From: Leidyana gryllorum EB-2025a | Taxonomy: Eukaryota > Protista > Apicomplexa | Direction of reading: 5' to 3' | DNA: 30,217 bases | NCBI GenBank assembly: GCA_048772705.1 | Contig: JBLWGC010000013.1 | Coordinates: forward strand, 1-30,217 | Shown here: positions 1-9,076 of the stretch, piece by piece | Numbering within the stretch: position 1 is the stretch's first letter | Layout: each line of letters begins with the position of its first letter | Notes under the pieces: generated by a model | Seen by the model: only the letters and a program-made list of their open reading frames with translations | Told to the model about the DNA's origin: nothing | Databases searched by the model: none | Made by a program: the position numbers and the translations under genes

Positions 1-72
1 ACTCATTTACCGGCAATCGGCCCGCTTCTTAGGCGTGACATTCGAAAATAGTAACCACTATGCTATCTCGGA
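1..72 (-). pseudogene. tRNA-Asp(GTC) pseudogene
   Basis: 5' half TCCGAGATAGCATAGTGGTTA resembles the intact Asp at 2221; anticodon and T arms are degraded. Confidence 0.75.
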
Positions 73-152
73 CGCTCTGAACACGCCACGGACATTCCAT
101 TCGTTCAGAAAACGGCCGTTACCGTGTACTAGCTTCAACAACGAGGTGTGAC

Positions 153-223
153 GCATCTGTGGTCTAGTGGTAGAATGTCTCGTTGCCATCGAGACGACCC
201 GGGTTCGATTCCCGGCAGATGCA
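153..223 (+). tRNA. tRNA-Gly(GCC)
   Basis: GCATCTG/CAGATGC acceptor, TCTCG-TTGCCAT-CGAGA anticodon arm, GGTTCGATTCC T arm. Confidence 0.95.
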
Positions 224-279
224 GAGGACACATGGTTGCTTTTCCACATTCAGAAATGAGTTGGTGTAACCACATCGCA

Positions 280-361
280 CGACAACTGCTGGATTTGAAC
301 CAGCGCGGGCTCGGCCCAGTAGATTTCTAGTCTACCCCCTTAACCACTCGGGCAAGTTGCC
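280..361 (-). tRNA. tRNA-Ser(AGA)
   Basis: 82-nt cloverleaf with long variable arm; GTAGA-CTAGAAA-TCTAC. Confidence 0.93.
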
Positions 362-579
362 GTTGTCGAACTTGGCATTTTGCGGCCAGTGGCTTCACAT
401 ACGGTTCAGCAAGCTTTACTCGGACTGCCAGTCGTATTGATGGTCCCTTCAAAAGCGCTCTACCGACGGAGTTGGGGCGGCAAGAAAGCTCGGACTTGGT
501 AACAAATTCCAGTCGTATTGATGGTGGAATCTTTCCGAGACGGTTCGGCTCTCGGCCGAAGCCTAAACTCGAGCACTTG

Positions 580-652
580 TCCACTGTAGTCTAAGTGGCT
601 AGGATATGCGGCTTTCACCCGCACGATCCGGGTTCAAGTCCCGGCAGTGGAA
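580..652 (+). tRNA. tRNA-Glu(TTC)
   Basis: TCCACTG/CAGTGGA acceptor; TGCGG-CTTTCAC-CCGCA. Confidence 0.95.
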
Positions 653-728
653 GTCATTGAAGTACTCGAGCAAAGTGCTCCAGTAATCTCCGTCAATAGT
701 GACTCTTTCGTTATCTCCGGCCTGTATT

Positions 729-800
729 GCCTTCTTAGCTTAGGGGCAGAGCATTCGCTTAGTAAGCGAAAGGCCGCCGGTTCGATTCCGGCAGAAGGCT
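729..800 (+). tRNA. tRNA-Thr(AGT)
   Basis: GCCTTCT/AGAAGGC acceptor; TTCGC-TTAGTAA-GCGAA. Confidence 0.92.
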
Positions 801-1109
801 CGACTCCATCCACTGGGCACCTGCAAGCTTATCGCAAACTCCAATGATCGTAGCTGAGCCTCGTAGCTCAGCCATCAGAGGGTAAATCTCTTAGCCACGA
901 AGCCGCAGATTTGGAACCTGCCAGCACCCCACGGTCAGAATCGAAACCGCCGACAAACTCATCATGCTACCATTTTGCAGTCGGGAATCGCACACAGGTT
1001 ATCTCGATGGCAGCGAGCGACTCTTCCACTAGACCACAGATGCAGAACACGATCTTGTGAATCTTGTACGTGGCGACAGCCATTCCTCTTAAGCCTATCG
1101 ATGCAACAA

Positions 1110-1181
1110 AGCCTTCTGCCGGAATCGAACCGGCGACTTCTCGCTTACGAAGCGAACGCTCTGCCCCTACGCTAAGAAGGC
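1110..1181 (-). tRNA. tRNA-Thr(CGT)
   Basis: Same body as Thr(AGT); loop TTCGTAA; one D-stem mismatch. Confidence 0.8.
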
Positions 1182-1257
1182 AATGTAAGTTGGAGATAAC
1201 GAAACGATGGCTACTGACGGAGATTAGTGGAGCACTTTGCTCGAGTACTTCAATGAC

Positions 1258-1330
1258 TTCCACTGCCGGGACTTGAACCCGGATCGTGCGGGTGAAAGCC
1301 GCATATCCTAGCCACTTAGACTACAGTGGA
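1258..1330 (-). tRNA. tRNA-Glu(TTC)
   Basis: Reverse complement of 580-652. Confidence 0.95.
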
Positions 1331-1428
1331 CAAGTGCTCGAGTTTAGGCTTCGGCCGAGAGCCGAACCGTCTCGGAAAGATTCCACCATCAATACGACTG
1401 GAATTTGTTACCAAGTCCGAGCTTTCCT

Positions 1429-1492
1429 GCCGCCCCAACTCCGTCGATAGAGCACAAGACTTTTGAAGGGAGAACCGCGGGTTCGGGCGGCG
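1429..1492 (+). pseudogene. tRNA-Lys(TTT) pseudogene (approximate ends)
   Basis: GCCGCCC...TAGAGCACAAGACTTTT resembles the intact Lys at 14280; 3' half disrupted. Confidence 0.65.
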
Positions 1493-1562
1493 CGAGCAGT
1501 CCGAGTAAAGCTTGCTGAACCGTATGTGAAGCCACTGGCCGCAAAATGCCAAGTTCAACAAC

Positions 1563-1644
1563 GGCAACTTGCCCGAGTGGTTAAGGGGGTAGACTAGAAA
1601 TCTACTGGGCCGGGCCCGCGCTGGTTCAAATCCAGCAGTTGTCG
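1563..1644 (+). tRNA. tRNA-Ser(AGA)
   Basis: Intact cloverleaf, mirror of 280-361. Confidence 0.95.
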
Positions 1645-1700
1645 TGCGATGTGGTTACACCAACTCATTTCTGAATGTGGAAAAGCAACCATGTGTCCTC

Positions 1701-1771
1701 TGCATCTGCCGGGAATCGAACCCGGGTCGTCTCGATGGCAACGAGACATTCTACCACTAGACCACAGATGC
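1701..1771 (-). tRNA. tRNA-Gly(GCC)
   Basis: Mirror of 153-223. Confidence 0.95.
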
Positions 1772-1851
1772 GTCACACCTCGTTGTTGAAGCTCGTACAC
1801 GGTAACGGCCGTTTTCTGAACGAATGGAATGTCCGTGGCGTGTTCAGAGCG

Positions 1852-1923
1852 TCCGAGATAGCATAGTGGTTACTATTTCCGAATGTCACGCCTAAGAAGC
1901 GGGCCGATTGCCGGTAAATGAGT
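1852..1923 (+). pseudogene. tRNA-Asp(GTC) pseudogene
   Basis: Mirror of 1-72. Confidence 0.75.
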
Positions 1924-1943
1924 CTGGAACGGGGGATGGTTTT

Positions 1944-2011
1944 GGGCCTATGGCGCAACGGTAGCGCGTCTGACTCCCAGAAGGTTGGGTGTTCGAATCA
2001 CTCTGGGCTCA
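1944..2011 (+). pseudogene. tRNA-Trp(CCA) pseudogene, 4-nt deletion in anticodon arm
   Basis: TGGCGCAACGGTAGCGCGTCTGACTCC----CAGAAGGTTG is the typical eukaryotic Trp body lacking AGAT; 68 nt. Confidence 0.85.
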
Positions 2012-2047
2012 ACCGGACTCTATGTTTTTCCCGTTTGGGGCGCAACC

Positions 2048-2127
2048 TGACAAAAGTGGGATTCGAACCCACGACCTTTCGGACTCCGGTCTGAGCACAG
2101 CGCCTCAGACCACTCGGTCACCTTGCC
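2048..2127 (-). pseudogene. tRNA-Leu(CAG), degenerate
   Basis: Homolog of 20093-20172; anticodon stem mispaired. Confidence 0.8.
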
Positions 2128-2220
2128 GGGATGTTGTTGGCTCGCCGCTCCACGCGTTTTCTATCCCTGGAATCTCAAGATGAAGGACTTTTGGGGTTTC
2201 AGGCCGGTGTGTTCGGAGCG

Positions 2221-2292
2221 TCCGAGATAGTATAGTGGTTAGTATTTCCGCCTGTCACGCGGAAGACCCGGGTTCGATTCCCGGTCTCGGAG
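2221..2292 (+). tRNA. tRNA-Asp(GTC)
   Basis: TCCGAGA/TCTCGGA acceptor; TCCGC-CTGTCAC-GCGGA. Confidence 0.95.
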
Positions 2293-2426
2293 CACAGTTG
2301 ATCTCGCTTAAGAATCATACCACTAGACCAAACAGCCGCCTGTCGGTCGTGCAACGCGGTTAGCACAGTCGCGAGAGTGGTCATACGATGTTGAGAATCA
2401 ACAAAATGCGACGGGGTCTGCACAAA

Positions 2427-2499
2427 GGGCGACTAGCTCAAATGGTAGAGCGCTCGCTTAGCATGCGAGAGGTACTGGGATCAATGCCCAGGTCGTCCA
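2427..2499 (+). tRNA. tRNA-Ala(AGC)
   Basis: GGGCGAC/GTCGTCC with G3:U70; CTCGC-TTAGCAT-GCGAG; A54 T-loop typical of eukaryotic Ala. Confidence 0.92.
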
Positions 2500-2780
2500 A
2501 ACTTCGTAGTCTGCAAGTGCCGCTTTTTTACTACAGAGTTGAAAGCTTTCAAGTGTGCCCTTTACCCTTGGCTAGACTCGGGCACCGCAGTATGTGTGAA
2601 GGTTGCCTCAGAGCCCGGATTTCCGAGTTTGCATTTTACAATCACACACTCTGCCGACTAAGATACCAGAGTCAGTTACAATATTTCAAAGGTCAGTAGA
2701 GAGACGCGTGTTGCATGTGTCCAGTTGAGGGAGCGCTAGCCCGGATGGCTCTACCAACTCTTTTTTGGGAAGGACTGATC

Positions 2781-2852
2781 GGTTACTTGGTGTAGTGGTT
2801 AGCACTGGGCACTCTAAATCTCCCGACCTAGATTCGATTCCCGGAGCAACCT
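2781..2852 (+). pseudogene. tRNA-Gln pseudogene (anticodon reads CTA)
   Basis: Homolog of Gln 11205-11276; acceptor, anticodon and T stems mispaired. Confidence 0.85.
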
Positions 2853-2860
2853 CAAAACTA

Positions 2861-2865
2861 GTCCT
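2861..2865. repeat. Target-site duplication GTCCT (left)
   Basis: Same 5-mer at 9679-9683; paralogous empty sites (e.g. 11285-11289) carry a single copy. Confidence 0.92.
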
Positions 2866-2980
2866 TGTTAAAATATGTAGGGAAGTATCCAGATGGATGT
2901 TAATTCGATTGGGAATTTCACCAAGTCGAATCTGGCCACCCGATAGGAAGTTGACCATCAGGCAAACACGAACTACAACA
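2866..2980 (-). repeat. 3' LTR, internally deleted (115 bp)
   Basis: 2871-2980 is identical to 9569-9678; only TGTT of the other LTR end is retained. Confidence 0.9.
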
Positions 2981-2994
2981 CACGCCCCCTCCTC
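2981..2994 (-). other. Polypurine tract
   Basis: Minus-strand GAGGAGGGGG-CGTG immediately before the 3' LTR start TGTTGTAG. Confidence 0.85.
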
Positions 2995-3017
2995 GGGAAA
3001 GGCATCGTCCCTGATGA

Positions 3018-6000
3018 CTAAGAGAATAGCCTTTGTCTCTTGTTAGGGAGATATACTACTTGCGTCAAAGGTCTATGCCTGCGTCGGGTCCTTGTGCCCC
3101 TTGCGGCTCTCTCGGCATGCCACTTTTCTTCATACTCCCGCAGCAGCTCGGGGTATGCGTGAAGTCTTTCACGGGGTACCCACGTCAAGTCCTTCCAGGT
3201 CCGGTCTTGCCACTTGACTTGGTAGTGCTCATCCCGTTGACGAAACTTGACGATCTTCTGAGGTACAGAAGACTCGGCCTCAGCTCTTGCCGGTGGTCTT
3301 AAGGCAGCCTCAGGTACTACCGGTGGTCTTGACGAAACCAGCGGTGCGTCATCGTCTTCGTCTAATGACGCGGCACGCGGCGGCGACCGTATTCTTGGCG
3401 CTGTCGCTTCGGCTGGAGGCATTTCCTCTATAGTGGTTGGTAGTAGAACCTCTGGCGTCTCAGCCGGGAAGGGAGGGCCTTGGCTCACCTCTCCTTCTGG
3501 CTGCCTAGTCGCGGACGTAGAGGTAACGGGACCCACAGGAACGCAAATACTGATTCCGGAGCCTTCGCTACTTACACTCTCACGACGTCGCTGGGTCGTT
3601 GCCTCGGTACTTGTAGGAATCGTACAAGTCCGGTCTTCCTTAGGCTGGATCCATGTGTCCACACCAACAGGTAAGACTCGATTCACGTTTACGCGATCGA
3701 AAGCCGACTGAGACCCTTCCACTCTACACCAGGATCCGTCTTTAGACGTTTCCACCACTTTCTTTGGTGCACTCCACTTAGGCGATAGCTTCCGTGACGG
3801 GAAGTCGGTAAGTTCATAGTCACTTAACCGAACTAGCACCCATTGCCCCACATTCACGTTCTTCTCACGAGCCGACTTGTCGTACTGAGACTTCATTTTC
3901 TCATAGTACTTTTCCAGACTTTGTCGTGCTCGGTGAGTGGCATCGTCAATAATCTGGCGTAGTTCCTTGGCATACTGCTCTCCCGTGGTATGAGGTCGGG
4001 TATTTCTCTCCCCCCCTCCGGGTAAGTGCGGTTGCCGTCCTCGGTTCAGGACAAAGGGTGACATTCCGAGTGCTCGATGATCGGTAATGTTATACCCGAA
4101 CTGAATACCGGGGAGATAGGAATCCCAGTTATTTGCCGTAAAACCGGTTAACGTGGCCAACGACTTATTGAGCGTGCGCATAAACCGTTCTGCATAACCG
4201 TCGCCTTGCGGGTAATACGCGGTTGAGAAGATCTTTTTAATGCCAAAGTGTGAGCACAAGTGATCTACCAACTTGGCGCGGAAACTGGGTCCATTGTCCG
4301 ATAATAGTCTTCTTGGACACCCATGATTGCAGATAATATGCTTGTTGAAAGCGTTAATGACGGTTATGGCCTCTTGATTGCGCGTCGGCACTAACTCAAC
4401 CCACTTAGTGAATTGGTCAACGAATACCAGGACATACTTGTACCCATTTGACTCAGGGTAAGGTCCGCAGAAATCCATGGCGACAGTCCCCCATGGTTCT
4501 GTTGGTACTTCTGACTTCATAGGGCCGTGTGGTTGTTGAGGTTTCCGTCGTTGGCATAGTACGCACTTTTCTAAGATTTGTCTTATCTTAGGTATCGTTA
4601 GGCTCGATACATATATTTGTGCGACCATGTGGCGTATTCGGTTAGGTCCGAAATGAGCGCCAACCGGGCTTTCGTGTATAGTGCGTACAACACGTTCCCA
4701 TAGTTTCTCGGGAAGCCACGGTCTCCAACGGAAGCCATCATCGACTCCTATCAGTCCGTCAACCATGTACACTCCTTTACTTTTTGTAAAGTTGTTGGAT
4801 ATTCCCTCGTCTTGTTGTTCATGGTACAGTTCCGCTTCAGAGGGTAATTCCAACTTGGTGGGGAGTATGGCGTAAATCATGTGATCCTCCATGCACTCAG
4901 AGTCGGCGAATGTGCGAGTGAAGGCATCAACATTAGAGTGAGATTTACCCGATCGGTGGCGTATTTCGAACGGAGTAAACTCTGCCAGCGCAAGTGCCCA
5001 TCGTTGTAAACGGCCGGTTCGTGCCTTAAACAACCATTGTAGACTTTCGTGGTCCGACCGAACGTAAAACTTGGAACCGAGGATGTATGTGCGGAACTTC
5101 TGTAGCGCTTCTTTTATAGCCAATGCCTCTTTTTCCCTTATATGCCATCTTGACTCGGCAGGTGAGAACTTGCGGGACTCAAAGACAATGGGTCGGTCGC
5201 CTCTACCGTCACCAAAGTCTTGACTGAGTACTGCTGCCATGCCAATTTCAGACGCATCACAGTCCACAATAAATTCTCGGGAAAAGTCAGGGTATGCTAG
5301 GACCACATCTCCACTGACCAAGGCTTTCTTAAGCGTATTGAAGGCGTTCTCGCACTCCGGGGTCCAATTAAACGCGCCCTTTTTCAGAAGGTCCGTGAGT
5401 GGGGCACTTATTTCAGCATGGCCTTTTATGAACCTTCTGTAATACCCGGAAAGCCCAAGGAATGCTCTGACTTCCTTTGAGTCTTTCGGTCGAGGGAACT
5501 TGTTGACTTTTTCTAACTTCTTTGGGTCTGTACGCACTCCATCCGCAGTTACTATATGTCCGAGAAATTCAATTTCGGACTTCAAGAACTCGCACTTCGC
5601 CGGTTTTAACAATAACCCAGCTCCGTGACAAGTCTCGAATACTTCCCTCAAGTGTCGTACATGATCCTCAAAGGTCTTAGAGTAAATCAGTATATCGTCT
5701 AAGTAGCAGACGACAAAGTCAAACAACATAGGGCCCAAGACTTTTTGCATCATCCGCTGGTACGTAGCGGGGGCATTACAGAGGCCAAAGGGCATGACCA
5801 ACCACTCGAATTGTCCTTCAGCGCAGATAAAGGATGTTTTGTGTATATCCTGTTCTGCCATCGGGATTTGCCAATAACCAGCGGCAGCATCCAGGGATGA
5901 GAAGTACTTTGCTCCTCTAAAGACCGAGAGTAAGTCGTCAATTCTAGGCAAGGGGTGGCGATCCTTCCTAGTGACGTCGTTTAATTTACGATAGTCAATA

Positions 6001-6713
6001 CAAAAGCGTATTGATCCATCTTTCTTTGGCACTAATGTCACCGGGCTGGCCCACGCCGATGAACACGGCCGTATTGCTCCTTGTTTGAGCATGCTCTCGA
6101 CTTGTGTCTTTATGACTTCCCTTTCCGCTGGGCTGGTGCGTCGCAGTGGTATTCGTACAGGTGCTGCGAGTCCTGTATCGATTTCGTGCTCCCAACCGAC
6201 GGCCCGACCAAAGGGTCGTTCATCCGTAATAAAGTAATCCGGTTTGCATAGGGCTTCAATTATAGCCTTTTGCTTTGCCGGTAAGTTCGGTGGGAACCGG
6301 ATGGTGACACTTAACCCAGGTTCAACTTGGTCAACCATCAATACCTCGTATTTTCCTTGAAGTCGTACGAGTCCCCTTTTGACGTCGGGTACTACATCGT
6401 ACTTCTTCAGGAAATCGCAACCCAGAATCACATCAGCACCAGTATTTGCCAAGATGTGAAATTCGGCTTTTCCTTCCAGTCCGCCTATCTTGAAAGGGAC
6501 TTCTACCAGCTGGGTAACCTGGCAGGTACGGTCTTTCACTGCCAAACCGACAGTAAAGGGTTTACAGGCGCGCCTCTTTAGTTTCAATCGGTTTGCCAGA
6601 GCCTCATTAATGTATGAGTCTGATGCCCCCGAATCCACTAACGCCTTTACCACTTCACTCTGAGTCGGATGACTTAGTGAAAATGCAACCGTTGCGACTC
6701 CTGGGCCGGCCAC
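3018..6713 (-). CDS. pol: Pol polyprotein: aspartic protease, reverse transcriptase, RNase H, integrase, chromodomain (probably expressed as a Gag-Pol fusion; frame is open from ~6765)
   Basis: Protease ALVDSGA; RT LPRIDDLL, MPFGLCNAP, YLDD; RNase H DCDASEIG; integrase HESPVGAH...CVLC, MDFCGP, SDNG, AERF; chromodomain KIVKFRQRDEHYQVKWQDRTWKDLTWVPRERL. Confidence 0.97.
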   Translation of the reverse strand: MAGPGVATVAFSLSHPTQSEVVKALVDSGASDSYINEALANRLKLKRRACKPFTVGLAVKDRTCQVTQLVEVPFKIGGLEGKAEFHILANTGADVILGCDFLKKYDVVPDVKRGLVRLQGKYEVLMVDQVEPGLSVTIRFPPNLPAKQKAIIEALCKPDYFITDERPFGRAVGWEHEIDTGLAAPVRIPLRRTSPAEREVIKTQVESMLKQGAIRPCSSAWASPVTLVPKKDGSIRFCIDYRKLNDVTRKDRHPLPRIDDLLSVFRGAKYFSSLDAAAGYWQIPMAEQDIHKTSFICAEGQFEWLVMPFGLCNAPATYQRMMQKVLGPMLFDFVVCYLDDILIYSKTFEDHVRHLREVFETCHGAGLLLKPAKCEFLKSEIEFLGHIVTADGVRTDPKKLEKVNKFPRPKDSKEVRAFLGLSGYYRRFIKGHAEISAPLTDLLKKGAFNWTPECENAFNTLKKALVSGDVVLAYPDFSREFIVDCDASEIGMAAVLSQDFGDGRGDRPIVFESRKFSPAESRWHIREKEALAIKEALQKFRTYILGSKFYVRSDHESLQWLFKARTGRLQRWALALAEFTPFEIRHRSGKSHSNVDAFTRTFADSECMEDHMIYAILPTKLELPSEAELYHEQQDEGISNNFTKSKGVYMVDGLIGVDDGFRWRPWLPEKLWERVVRTIHESPVGAHFGPNRIRHMVAQIYVSSLTIPKIRQILEKCVLCQRRKPQQPHGPMKSEVPTEPWGTVAMDFCGPYPESNGYKYVLVFVDQFTKWVELVPTRNQEAITVINAFNKHIICNHGCPRRLLSDNGPSFRAKLVDHLCSHFGIKKIFSTAYYPQGDGYAERFMRTLNKSLATLTGFTANNWDSYLPGIQFGYNITDHRALGMSPFVLNRGRQPHLPGGGERNTRPHTTGEQYAKELRQIIDDATHRARQSLEKYYEKMKSQYDKSAREKNVNVGQWVLVRLSDYELTDFPSRKLSPKWSAPKKVVETSKDGSWCRVEGSQSAFDRVNVNRVLPVGVDTWIQPKEDRTCTIPTSTEATTQRRRESVSSEGSGISICVPVGPVTSTSATRQPEGEVSQGPPFPAETPEVLLPTTIEEMPPAEATAPRIRSPPRAASLDEDDDAPLVSSRPPVVPEAALRPPARAEAESSVPQKIVKFRQRDEHYQVKWQDRTWKDLTWVPRERLHAYPELLREYEEKWHAERAARGTRTRRRHRPLTQVVYLPNKRQRLFS

Positions 6714-6718
6714 TGCGA

Positions 6719-7942
6719 TTAGCCTTGGCTCTCTGGATTGGAGTTGGGCCGAAAAGGGGTCCTCTTACGGTTGCCACCTTTCTTGATAGGCCTTTCCTCA
6801 GCTGCCTTTTTGCGGCATACACTTTCAAAGTGATTATTGCCTTGGCAAAAGTGGCATTGTTTACCACGTGCTGGGCACTCCTTTCCTTGGCATCTTGTAC
6901 CACACCGCGAACACCTCCCATCTGACAAGTTGGTGTCTTTGCCTTGCCGACTTCTGGGGGCCACCTTTGTGAATTGGCGAACATTATTCACAGGCCTGGC
7001 TTGCTCGAGTACTTGGCATAATACTCGACATAGCCTGTCCGTAGAGTCCGTAGCTTCGTGACCTTGCCCTTTTGCGAGGGTCGGAACACTAGGCCTTACT
7101 TCCTCCGTTTGCTCATGGCCTCTCGCCGTATGGTCGGTACCTCCCATGGTGGGCATGTAAGCAAGTACCCCTTCTTCTGGCGATTTCTCCGGAGCGAAGT
7201 CCATCAAGTAAGTAAGTGGATCTTCCTTTTCATTGGCCGATCTGTGTTGGCGACTTAGTATAATTCTGATCGGTTCCGGGAAAGCCATCATGAAGGGTTC
7301 CACCAATTGTCGTCGAGTCCATGCTGGAACACCCCGTATTTCCGCAGCTCGGTTGTAAAGCACCATGTACCGATCCAACTGTTCCATGACATCAACACGA
7401 TTGTCACCTTTGACAGTATGGATTTTCCCCAGGAAGTACCCCAATGGCTCAACGGGTCCGTGCTCTTCAAGTACCGCTTTACGTAACTCCGCATATGTTG
7501 GCTGATCGGAGTACTTAGTCTTTATGGCGACTGGCACCTTTTCACATGCCGCGAAGGCTGCTATTTCTAGTCCTTCCGGAACCCCGCTGGCCTTGATTCG
7601 TTGCTCGAAGTCTACGAACCATTGGTCGATTGAGCCTGGTCTACTCAACGACAACATGGGGAGGTCATTATACTTGACCGTAGGGAGCCTCCTGGTTTCT
7701 TGGCGTTCTGTACGGTCTGGGCGTTCCGTACGAGCGAGCATAGCAACCTCTGTATGTTGCTGGAGGCGCTGAGTATACTCGCGGCGCTCTGTTTCCAACC
7801 GCTCCATAACCAATTGCTGCGAGCGCACCATTTCCATCATGAGTGTCATCATGTGGCGGGCGTCGATGGGGGTTTCCGCAGGCTGTTCCGTATTGCGGGG
7901 AGAAGCGGTATGCGAGGTGGCTTGCTCCTGATTGGCGGACAT
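6719..7942 (-). CDS. gag: Gag (capsid/nucleocapsid) with CCHC zinc knuckle
   Basis: 407-aa ATG-started ORF directly upstream of pol; CHFCQGNNHFESVC = C-X2-C-X4-H-X4-C; basic C-terminus. Confidence 0.93.
   Translation of the reverse strand: MSANQEQATSHTASPRNTEQPAETPIDARHMMTLMMEMVRSQQLVMERLETERREYTQRLQQHTEVAMLARTERPDRTERQETRRLPTVKYNDLPMLSLSRPGSIDQWFVDFEQRIKASGVPEGLEIAAFAACEKVPVAIKTKYSDQPTYAELRKAVLEEHGPVEPLGYFLGKIHTVKGDNRVDVMEQLDRYMVLYNRAAEIRGVPAWTRRQLVEPFMMAFPEPIRIILSRQHRSANEKEDPLTYLMDFAPEKSPEEGVLAYMPTMGGTDHTARGHEQTEEVRPSVPTLAKGQGHEATDSTDRLCRVLCQVLEQARPVNNVRQFTKVAPRSRQGKDTNLSDGRCSRCGTRCQGKECPARGKQCHFCQGNNHFESVCRKKAAEERPIKKGGNRKRTPFRPNSNPESQG
6752..6758 (-). other. Putative -1 ribosomal frameshift slippery site C CCT TTT
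   Basis: X XXY YYZ heptamer in the gag frame, inside the ~45-nt gag/pol(-1) overlap. Confidence 0.8.
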
Positions 7943-9063
7943 GTTTACTTAGTAAGTAAAGAAGTAACTTCACAACGAATGCTTAAGCAGTAGTGAATGC
8001 TCAACAACGAATGCTTAGTGAATTGCAGTTGAATTCTTTTTTATTCATACTGCTTTGTGTGCGTGTCTCTGCGAGACAGCAACATTGGCGCCTCTTACGA
8101 GTGCTGCCCTTTGTAGAACGTTTTAGTAAACGTAGACGACGCTTCACGTCAGCACTTGAGTCGTTTTTCATTGGGCGAGGACTTATGTCCTTACTTACAT
8201 AACACCGACACAGATGTTACCCGTATAACGACTTTACTTCATGCTGAGACGCGTAGTGCGCCGGTGGTTCCCATTAGACCACCCTTGACAGTTGCTAGAG
8301 CTCGCCGGTTCCGGAGTTGGCGCTCCTTCACCGGTTTCCCACTGGTGCACCCAGGATGCCCTAGCCCTTCCAAGTTCACCTTTCTGGATGTTCGGCGGCT
8401 ACAGAAGCACACACCTACTTGCCGCTAAGCAGGTACCGGTCGGTACACATACACTTAGAGGCCCCAGTCCGGATTCCAAGAGGAACTAGGCTCCCTCTCA
8501 AGTTGAGCCAAACTAGCATACTGCGCGTTGCCAAACCCTTCGATTCCCAGCGAAGAAAAGGGGTTTGTTACAACGACTCCCCGGCTCGCCGGGTTGACTG
8601 ATCGCACTGTAGGTTCTCTACAGCCAGCCTTTTAACAGATTTCGGACTTAAGTCCCCGCGACTCTGCGTACGTTCAATGTTCGCTACTAGGCCTGCCTGC
8701 CTTTCACTGAACACTCGCTGTCCTTAAAGGTACAGCTATGAGCCGAGGCTTTTAGTCCTACAGCCACATGTCGACTCCTGCTCCGGCTTATGCCCGGACG
8801 TCCCCCCTCCTTCTGGGAACTGGTGCTCCGTCACCTGATCATTTCGTGTTTGACTTAGAGAAAAATGAAGGTAACTTAGCCTAAACCAGCTTTCCGAACC
8901 CCAGGGTGATGGGTTTTCGACTTAGCAGAATTCGCGATCCGCTCGCCTGGCGGTCCGCGCGACTTAGCGGATTTTTCGTTGGCCGTCCCGGCGCCTCTTC
9001 CGTGACGATCCCACGATCCTCTCCGTGTGGCTGCTTGTGTGGCGATTTCTGCACAAGATGGCG

Positions 9064-9076
9064 GGCCGAGGCACCA
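9064..9076 (-). other. Primer-binding site complementary to tRNA-Phe 3' end
   Basis: Minus-strand TGGTGCCTCGGCC, 2 nt after the 5' LTR; complementary to GGCCGAGGCA+CCA of tRNA-Phe at 24578-24650. Confidence 0.88.

Larger units (their letters stand above)
1..1923. repeat. Inverted repeat/palindrome (arms ~1-810 and ~1105-1923, ~300 bp spacer)
   Basis: 1-14 ACTCATTTACCGGC is the reverse complement of 1910-1923. Asp-psi/Gly/Ser/Lys-psi/Glu/Thr are mirrored (153<->1771, 361<->1563, 580<->1330). Confidence 0.93.
1..2865. repeat. tRNA gene/pseudogene array, left segment
   Basis: ~20 tRNA-derived segments on both strands, separated by ~50-100 bp spacers that recur elsewhere in the window. Confidence 0.95.
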
